Shown here: positions 42,308 to 48,155 of the stretch, in pieces
Numbering within the stretch: position 1 is the first letter of the stretch
How the letters are laid out: every line of letters starts with the position of its first letter
Assembly: GCA_031365225.1 (NCBI GenBank)
Contig: JANLXT010000131.1
Coordinates: 1-48,155, forward strand
Direction: 5' to 3'
DNA length: 48,155 nucleotides
From: a candidate division FCPU426 bacterium
GTDB taxonomy: Bacteria > Oederibacteriota > JAJYGY01 > DAIDJD01
Position numbers and translations under genes: made by a program
Notes under the pieces: model-generated
The model's database searches: none
Seen by the model: only the letters and a program-made list of their open reading frames with translations
What the model was told of the DNA's origin: nothing

Positions 42308-44476
42308 ATGAAAATATCCAATCCTATCAATCTGCGCACGTCACTTGGTAAGGGCTGGCTAGCCAGCATCCTTGCTTTTGTTATTATTTATGGGGCTTAT
42401 CAGTTAGGCGCCTTAGACCGAGCAGAAAAAGGGCTACAAGATACCTATCGGCGCGAAAGTGCGACCGAAATGGTTTCACCCATCGAAATTGTGTATTTAG
42501 ATCAAGTCAGCCTTCAAGACGCTGAACGTAACGAGTCGATGGTTTTTCCTTGGCCCCGCGAGACCTACGGTCTGGCAATTGACTATCTAAAATCCGCCAA
42601 GGCCAAGGCCATTGTTTTTGATTTTTTATTCACCTCGGTCTCTTCCAGTGGTCTAGAAGATGATCAGGTGTTTGCGGCGGCCTCTCGTCGGCACGGCATG
42701 GTTATCAGTGGCATGCAATTCACGGGAGCGGACCAACCCAACGCACGCGCCGCGTTTAAAGCTCTAGCTCCGCTGTACACACTACCCATCCATGTCAAAG
42801 ATCTTGCATCCAGCAAAAGTTTAGGCGTGGACGCACCCAAACATCCCTTGTGGGGAGCTTTTGCGGGCGTTGGCGATACTTATTTTGAGCAAGACAGTGA
42901 CGGTCAGGGACGGCGCGTTCGCCTCTTTACAAGTTTCGAAGGAAAAATCTATCCGACCCTTGCGTTGTCCGCGGCGTGGACTATTTTAGGAAAACCCGCT
43001 CTACAGATCTTGGACGGCAAGCTCTGGTTGGGTGAGCGTAGTGTCCCTATCGACGATCAAGGGCGCATGGCGATCGCTTTCAGCCAAGTGCCTCCTATCG
43101 AAAAAACCACGCGCCTTTATGATGTGGTTAAAAGTGGCGCCAAAATAAAAGAAGGGGAAAGACCAACGATCGACGGCGCGCGTTTCAAAGACAAGATCGT
43201 GTTGATCGGTTCTACCACGGCGGGTTTGCACGACTTGCGTAGTTCGCCGATGAGCAAGTCAATGCCAGGGGTGCTACTACAAGCCATGGCCTTGGACAAC
43301 CTTCTTCAAGGCCGCGCCTGGCGCGAGATAGTCATGACGCCCTGGATGTGGCTCTTGGTCTTGTTCTTGGCGGGTTTCGCGGCGCGCGGTAGTTTTTTGT
43401 TGCGCGGACCCGCGGTGCTTTTTCCACCCGTCATCCTTCTCTTTGCCACGGTGGCGCTGACTTTGTGGTTAGCGCAAGCCAAGGACCTGTTAGTGCCCGT
43501 CACTCCTTTTTTGATGGCGATCGCGCTGGGTTTCGCCCTTAGCGCCGCCGAGCACTACGCCGCCGAAAATCGCCAGCGTCGTCGCACCCAAGCTATCTTT
43601 GGTCAATTTTTATCACCCGCGGTCTTGTTGGGTCTGCGCATGAAAGGCAATGAGCTAGCCACCGGTGGCGAAACGCGCGATGTCAGCGTCTTCTTTAGTG
43701 ACTTGCAAGGCTTTACTAGCTTTAGTGAGAAGCTAACACCCCAGGCTCTGGTTGAGATCTTAAATCTGTACCTCTCCGAGATGGCGGACGAAGTCGTGGG
43801 TCGCTACGATGGCTACGTGGACAAATACATTGGCGACGCCATCATGGCGTTTTGGAACGCGCCCGTGGAACAAGACGACCACGCTCTGCGCGCCTGTCGC
43901 AGCGCTTGGTCTTGCCAGCGGCGCCTGGATCAGATCCAAGAAAGATTGACCGCCATGGGCTTGGACGCCGGCGACGAAGGCTTGGTGATGCGGGTGGGCA
44001 TTCATACGGGTCCCGCGGTGGTGGGCCTGATGGGCAGCCCCCGCAAGCTTAATTACACCGCCATGGGCGACACTGTCAACACCGCCTCGCGCCTTGAAGG
44101 GGCAAACAAACCCTATGGCTCGCGCGTCATGATCAGCGAGGCCACCCGCGCGGCGGCAGGTAGCAGCGTCCTCTCAAGACGCTTGGATCTTTTGCAAGTC
44201 AAAGGCAAAGCTGAGCCGACCGCCGTGCACGAGCTGATCGGCATTGTTAACGAAGGGGAGGCGCTTTACGACGCTCCCTACTTAGAGGCCTGGAGTGTGG
44301 GCTTTGACCTCTATCTAGCAAAAGACTTTAGCGGCGCCAAGCGGGTCTTTGCCGAGTGCCTTAAAAAGTGTCCGCATGACAGTGTGGCTAAGCTCTATAT
44401 CAAGCGTTGCGACGAATACATCGCCAACCCACCCGTCAACGACTGGGATGGGGTCTATGTTATGAAAACCAAATAG
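42308..44476 (+). CDS. CHASE2 sensor domain-containing class III adenylate/guanylate cyclase
   Basis: The periplasmic region 'IVYLDQVSL...FPWPRETYGLAIDYLKSAKAKAIVFDFLF' is the CHASE2 signature. TM segments follow, then the cyclase core 'VSVFFSDLQGFTSFSE ... KYIGDAIMAFWNAP ... GIHTGPAVVGLMG ... YTAMGDTVNTASRLE'. Confidence 0.92.
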   Translation: MKISNPINLRTSLGKGWLASILAFVIIYGAYQLGALDRAEKGLQDTYRRESATEMVSPIEIVYLDQVSLQDAERNESMVFPWPRETYGLAIDYLKSAKAKAIVFDFLFTSVSSSGLEDDQVFAAASRRHGMVISGMQFTGADQPNARAAFKALAPLYTLPIHVKDLASSKSLGVDAPKHPLWGAFAGVGDTYFEQDSDGQGRRVRLFTSFEGKIYPTLALSAAWTILGKPALQILDGKLWLGERSVPIDDQGRMAIAFSQVPPIEKTTRLYDVVKSGAKIKEGERPTIDGARFKDKIVLIGSTTAGLHDLRSSPMSKSMPGVLLQAMALDNLLQGRAWREIVMTPWMWLLVLFLAGFAARGSFLLRGPAVLFPPVILLFATVALTLWLAQAKDLLVPVTPFLMAIALGFALSAAEHYAAENRQRRRTQAIFGQFLSPAVLLGLRMKGNELATGGETRDVSVFFSDLQGFTSFSEKLTPQALVEILNLYLSEMADEVVGRYDGYVDKYIGDAIMAFWNAPVEQDDHALRACRSAWSCQRRLDQIQERLTAMGLDAGDEGLVMRVGIHTGPAVVGLMGSPRKLNYTAMGDTVNTASRLEGANKPYGSRVMISEATRAAAGSSVLSRRLDLLQVKGKAEPTAVHELIGIVNEGEALYDAPYLEAWSVGFDLYLAKDFSGAKRVFAECLKKCPHDSVAKLYIKRCDEYIANPPVNDWDGVYVMKTK

Positions 44477-44484
44477 GAGGAAGC

Positions 44485-44997
44485 ATGCGTACCAGAATAT
44501 CTTTGTTGGGGCTGCTCTTGGCTGTCGCTACAGCGGTTTCGGCCGAAGCGATCAAGCAATACATCACCCTGGATGGGACGCGCCTGCTAGCCAAACCCAC
44601 AGCGTTTGGCAAAACCTACGGCAAGCTAAAGAAGGGCACCAGCGTTTGGACCGAACTTGGCTCGGGTGGCTATCTCAAGGTTCGGGTGGAGCCCGGCAGT
44701 GGCAACGCGCTGGCTCAAGTCACTGGCTACATCCACAAGAACGCGGTCCAAAAAAACCGTCCTCGTATCCTTGCCAAAGGTGAATCAAGCAAGGACGCCA
44801 GCGCCGAAGAAGTGGCCGCCGCGACCAAGGGTTTTAACAAACAAGTTGAGGCCGAATACGCCAAAGGCAACGCAACACTCGACTATCCAAAATTAGACAC
44901 CTTGATCGAGCGCAGTCGGGTCGCGGACCCCGCGTCGAGCAACGAGTCTTTTCGCCAGAGCGGCAAGCTTGGCGAGTTCTCAGAGGCAGCCCAATGA
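44485..44997 (+). CDS. Secreted protein with SH3b-like N-domain, function unknown
   Basis: SD AGGAGG (44475-44480) precedes ATG 44485. The signal peptide is 'MRTRISLLGLLLAVATAVSA'. 'LLAKPTAFGKTYGKLKKGTSVWTELGSGGYLKVRV...GYIHKNAV' resembles bacterial SH3 domains. The track's start at 44407 overlaps the cyclase gene. Confidence 0.6.
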   Translation: MRTRISLLGLLLAVATAVSAEAIKQYITLDGTRLLAKPTAFGKTYGKLKKGTSVWTELGSGGYLKVRVEPGSGNALAQVTGYIHKNAVQKNRPRILAKGESSKDASAEEVAAATKGFNKQVEAEYAKGNATLDYPKLDTLIERSRVADPASSNESFRQSGKLGEFSEAAQ

Positions 44998-45881
44998 GAC
45001 AGTCTTTGATGAACAAACTGATCCGAAACATTCGCTTGAGCCTCGGTCTCGCCAGTTTGACTTTGGTAGGTTGCGCGTCGGTGGGTGACCTGATGGTGGT
45101 GGGCGCCAATCTCAGTGGTCAAAAACAATTGCAAGGCGCGGCCAAGAGCTACAAGCGCGGCCAAGAGGTCAATGAATTCACTCCCGAGCAAAAATATTAC
45201 ACGGGCCGGACCGTGGCCGCGACCTTGTTGACGAGCGCCAAAGCCAGCGATGACAGCGCGCTCGAAGCCTATGTTGGCCAAGTGGGACAAACCCTTGCGG
45301 GAGCGTCAGGTCTGGGTGAACTGCCCGAAGGCTGGCATTTTATGCTACTCGATGGCGTGGATCCAGACGCCTTTGCCTGCCCGGGTGGCCTGATCTTTGT
45401 CAGCAAAGGCTTGATCAAGCTTTGCCAGAACGAAGATGATCTGGCGGGCGTCTTAGCGCACGAAATCGCTCACGTCGCTTTGGATCACCCTATCAAGTCC
45501 ATCAGCTCGGCCAACACCATGGCGGCATTAAGCCAATTGGCGGCATTTGGCCTTGAAAAAGCGGTGGCAGGCAAGCAATTGGGTGACACCACCAAGGCTT
45601 TTGACGGGGTAGTCAAAAGCGTGGCCAAGGGCGTCAGTCACGGCTATGACCGTGATAAAGAATCTGAAGCCGATCTCGCCGCGGTGCATATGTTGATCGA
45701 GACGGGCTACGACCCCCGTGGTTTAAAGCGCGTGCTGGAACGCCTGACCAAGGGAGACCACAGCCACGGCGATCCAAGCAACCGCGCCAAAGCGGTTGAG
45801 GCTGAAGCCTTCAAGTCAGAGCCAGTGCCAAAATCCTTGGCTGCGCGTAGCAGTCGGTTTAATAAAAATCTGGGTCTCTAA
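44994..45881 (+). CDS. M48 family zinc metallopeptidase lipoprotein
   Basis: The lipobox is 'LTLVGCAS'. The zinc motif is 'LAHEIAHVALDH' (HExxH), with a downstream 'ESEADLAAV'. The start has an ATGA overlap with the upstream gene. Confidence 0.88.
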   Translation: MRQSLMNKLIRNIRLSLGLASLTLVGCASVGDLMVVGANLSGQKQLQGAAKSYKRGQEVNEFTPEQKYYTGRTVAATLLTSAKASDDSALEAYVGQVGQTLAGASGLGELPEGWHFMLLDGVDPDAFACPGGLIFVSKGLIKLCQNEDDLAGVLAHEIAHVALDHPIKSISSANTMAALSQLAAFGLEKAVAGKQLGDTTKAFDGVVKSVAKGVSHGYDRDKESEADLAAVHMLIETGYDPRGLKRVLERLTKGDHSHGDPSNRAKAVEAEAFKSEPVPKSLAARSSRFNKNLGL

Positions 45882-45916
45882 CAAAATTTTTAGATCTACA
45901 CTTTATGAGGACAAAT

Positions 45917-47041
45917 ATGCGCGCATGGATCTTGTCACTGGGCTTGGTGGCGTTACTCTCGGGTTGCTCCAAACCCATCGATGACAGCGTCATCCGTGTG
46001 GGTGAATACGGCGCCCTCACCGGCGATATCGCCACCTTTGGTCAAAGCACCCACGAAGGCTTGGTGCTAGCGATCGAAGAGATCAATCTTGCGGGCGGCA
46101 TCGCTGGCAAGCAGCTTAAACTGATCACCGAAGACGATCGCGGCAAGCCCGAAGAAGCCGCCACCGTGGTTCAAAAATTGATCAGCCACGACAAAGTGCA
46201 CGCTTTGATCGGTGAAGTGGCCAGCTCTAACTCGTTGGCGGCGGCCCCCAACGCCCAACGTGCCAAGATTCCCATGATCAGTCCCAGTAGCACCAATCCA
46301 AAAGTAACCCAGCAGGGCGACTATATCTTTAGAGTTTGTTTCATCGATCCATTTCAAGGCAAGGTGATGGCCAAGTTTGCGACCGAGACGCTTAAGGCCA
46401 AAACTGCCGCGGTCCTCCGTGACCAAAAGAGCGATTACAGCATGGGCTTGGCCGATGTATTTAAAGCCGAGTTTAGCGCCATGGGTGGCACCGTGGTCGA
46501 AGACAAAAGTTATGTGGCCGGTGATGTGGACTTTAAGGCTCAGCTGACCGCCATCCGTGATAAAAAACCCGATGTGCTCTTTGTCCCTGGTTACTACAAC
46601 GAAGTGGGTTTGATCGCCAAACAAGCTCGGCAGGCAGGTCTTAAGCAGCCCTTGCTGGGTGGCGATGGCTGGGAATCACACGAACTGCTCAAGATCGGTG
46701 GCGCCGCTTTAGAGGGCTGTTACTTTAGCAACCACAGCGCGCCCGACAGCGTTGAGCCGGCGGTACGCAATTTTGTAAAAAAATATGAGGACCGTTATAA
46801 AAAAGAGCCTGGGGCTTTGGCCATGCTGGGTTATGACGCGGGAATGGTTTTGGCCGACGCGCTTAAACGAGCTAAGAGCTTGCGCGGGCCCGATCTGCGT
46901 GATGCCATCGCCGCCACCAAAGATTTTGTGGGTGTCACTGGCAAACTGACGATCGACGCTGATCGCAATGCGGTCAAGTCTGCGGTCGTGCTTAAGATCA
47001 GCAAAGGCCAGATTCACTACCTTGCGACGGTGAACCCTTAG
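45917..47041 (+). CDS. Branched-chain amino acid ABC transporter substrate-binding lipoprotein (LivJ/K-like)
   Basis: ATG 45917 has SD GAGGA with a 5-nt spacer; the track uses ATG 45905. The lipobox is 'LLSGCSK'. 'IRVGEYGALTGDIATFGQSTHEGLVLAIEEINLAGGIAGKQLKL' is typical of type 1 periplasmic binding proteins. Confidence 0.88.
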   Translation: MRAWILSLGLVALLSGCSKPIDDSVIRVGEYGALTGDIATFGQSTHEGLVLAIEEINLAGGIAGKQLKLITEDDRGKPEEAATVVQKLISHDKVHALIGEVASSNSLAAAPNAQRAKIPMISPSSTNPKVTQQGDYIFRVCFIDPFQGKVMAKFATETLKAKTAAVLRDQKSDYSMGLADVFKAEFSAMGGTVVEDKSYVAGDVDFKAQLTAIRDKKPDVLFVPGYYNEVGLIAKQARQAGLKQPLLGGDGWESHELLKIGGAALEGCYFSNHSAPDSVEPAVRNFVKKYEDRYKKEPGALAMLGYDAGMVLADALKRAKSLRGPDLRDAIAATKDFVGVTGKLTIDADRNAVKSAVVLKISKGQIHYLATVNP

Positions 47042-47046
47042 TTTTT

Positions 47047-47955
47047 ATGTCCACCCTGCTTCAACACCTGATCAACGGCCTGTCCCTAGGCGCGATTTAC
47101 GCTCTGATTGCCCTAGGGTACACACTGGTCTTTGGTATCCTTCGGCTCTTTAATTTTGCGCACGGTGACATCTTTATGGCCGCGGCCTTCGCGGCCATGT
47201 TTGTTGGTGGCGCACTGACCACCACGCAGGCCCCCGGTTTGATCCCCTTGTTGTTAACGCTGGTCTTTGCGATGAGCGTCGCCGCGGTCCTGGGCTTGGC
47301 GGTCGAGCGTTTTGCTTATCGCCCTTTGCGCGGCCAACCGCGCATCAACTTGTTGATCATCTCGGTAGGCGTGAGTTTACTGCTTGAAAATCTTGGTCAG
47401 GCTATTTTTGGTCCCACGCCACGCCTTTTTCCAGAATTATTGACCGAAACCACCTTCAGCGCTTTGGCGGACAGCGGTCTGCTGGTCAGCAACTTGGATC
47501 TGACCGTGCTGGGTTGCAGTCTTGGTCTTATGCTAGCGCTTGAGTGGCTGGTGCACCGCTCGCGCTGGGGACGCGCCATGCGCGCCACCGCGCACAGTCA
47601 CGACGGCGCGCGTTTGCTAGGGATTCCCGTCGACACAGTGATCGCGTTGACGTTCGCGGTGGGCAGCGCCTTGGCGGCGGCGGCGGCCGTGCTCTATGGT
47701 ATGAAGTATCCGCGTGTGGATCCGTTGATGGGCGTGATCCCTGGTCTCAAGGCTTTTATCGCGGCGGTGCTGGGGGGGATCGGCAACTTGCGCGGCGCGG
47801 TGGTCGGCGGCTTGCTCTTAGGTCTAGCCGAGACGCTGGTCTCGGCCTATGGCGCGAGTACCTGGCGCGATGCGTTAGCGTTTGGGCTCTTGATCGGGGT
47901 TCTTTTGATCAAGCCTCAAGGGCTCTTGGGTAACAATCGTGTGGAGAAGGTTTAG
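47047..47955 (+). CDS. livH: Branched-chain amino acid ABC transporter permease (LivH-like)
   Basis: N-terminus 'LLQHLINGLSLGAIYALIALGYTLVFGILRLFNFAHGD' and 'GGIGNLRGAVVGGLLLG' are LivH hallmarks. Confidence 0.92.
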   Translation: MSTLLQHLINGLSLGAIYALIALGYTLVFGILRLFNFAHGDIFMAAAFAAMFVGGALTTTQAPGLIPLLLTLVFAMSVAAVLGLAVERFAYRPLRGQPRINLLIISVGVSLLLENLGQAIFGPTPRLFPELLTETTFSALADSGLLVSNLDLTVLGCSLGLMLALEWLVHRSRWGRAMRATAHSHDGARLLGIPVDTVIALTFAVGSALAAAAAVLYGMKYPRVDPLMGVIPGLKAFIAAVLGGIGNLRGAVVGGLLLGLAETLVSAYGASTWRDALAFGLLIGVLLIKPQGLLGNNRVEKV

Positions 47956-48155
47956 ATGGATCGCAATCTAAAAGCGAGCCTATGGATCATCGCTAGCGCC
48001 GGCGCGGGTCAGTTGCTGGCGGTATTCTTGCCACCCTACTTTTCAACTTTGTTCGTGCAGGTAGGTATCAGCGCGCTCTTGGCGCTTAGTCTTAATCTAA
48101 TCACCGGTATCGCGGGTCAGTTCAGCCTAGGCCACGCGGGGTTCATGGCGGTGGG
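47956..48155 (+). CDS. livM: Branched-chain amino acid ABC transporter permease (LivM-like), 3'-truncated by the window edge
   Basis: My own translation from ATG 47956, which directly follows the livH TAG: MDRNLKASLWIIASAGAGQLLAVFLPPYFSTLFVQVGISALLALSLNLITGIAGQFSLGHAGFMAV... 'GQ.SLGHA.F..' is typical of LivM. Confidence 0.85.
   Translation, partial: MDRNLKASLWIIASAGAGQLLAVFLPPYFSTLFVQVGISALLALSLNLITGIAGQFSLGHAGFMAV

Noticed and set aside
42160-42369. 69-aa minus-strand ORF spanning the glnN/cyclase spacer and the cyclase start.
   Set aside because: It overlaps the promoter region and the 5' end of the well-supported cyclase gene. It has no SD, no recognisable motif and an odd composition.

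Overview
48,155-nt window from a moderately GC-rich bacterium with an outer membrane and AT-rich intergenic spacers. I cannot assign the phylum from sequence alone. I call 39 CDS: 7 on the + strand at the left end (1-10660), an unbroken run of 26 minus-strand genes (10726-42095), and 6 + strand genes up to the right edge. I saw no rRNA, tRNA, CRISPR array, transposase, integrase or known defence gene.

Main content:
(1) A tightly coupled six-gene operon (1859-10660) made only of signal-peptide or lipoprotein products. It is built around two >700-aa proteins with an N-terminal coiled coil and a beta-barrel-like body. It follows a Thr/Pro-rich surface protein that is cut by the window edge. I could not match this gene set to any described envelope system, so it is my best candidate for something new.
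(2) A secreted glycoside-hydrolase set: two GH18 chitinase paralogs, one GH8 and one GH16. Each has Thr/Pro/Ser linkers and the same ~95-aa C-terminal sorting-type domain. The set wraps around a six-gene cytoplasmic sugar-catabolic operon and sits beside a large AraC-family regulator, a DUF4838-like enzyme and an orphan sugar-binding protein.
(3) Housekeeping, stress and signalling genes: ppk2, a HAD phosphatase, a MarR-pirin-FMN reductase operon, an NRDE protein, trpS, Ppx/GppA, PilZ, a small OM barrel, type III glutamine synthetase, a CHASE2 adenylate/guanylate cyclase, an M48 peptidase and the start of a Liv-type ABC transporter.

Sequence-level oddities:
- The GH18a signal-peptide region is split across an A7 slippery tract.
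- TAnnnT hexamers sit 6-8 nt upstream of the ATG of operon-first genes that lack a Shine-Dalgarno (SD) sequence, which suggests leaderless mRNAs.
- There is a CRP-type palindrome between glnN and the cyclase gene.
- The GH16 and GH18b genes carry near-identical 300-nt 3' cassettes.
- A 53-aa lipoprotein gene falls below the ORF-track length cutoff.

All functional calls come from motif recognition by eye, with no database search.
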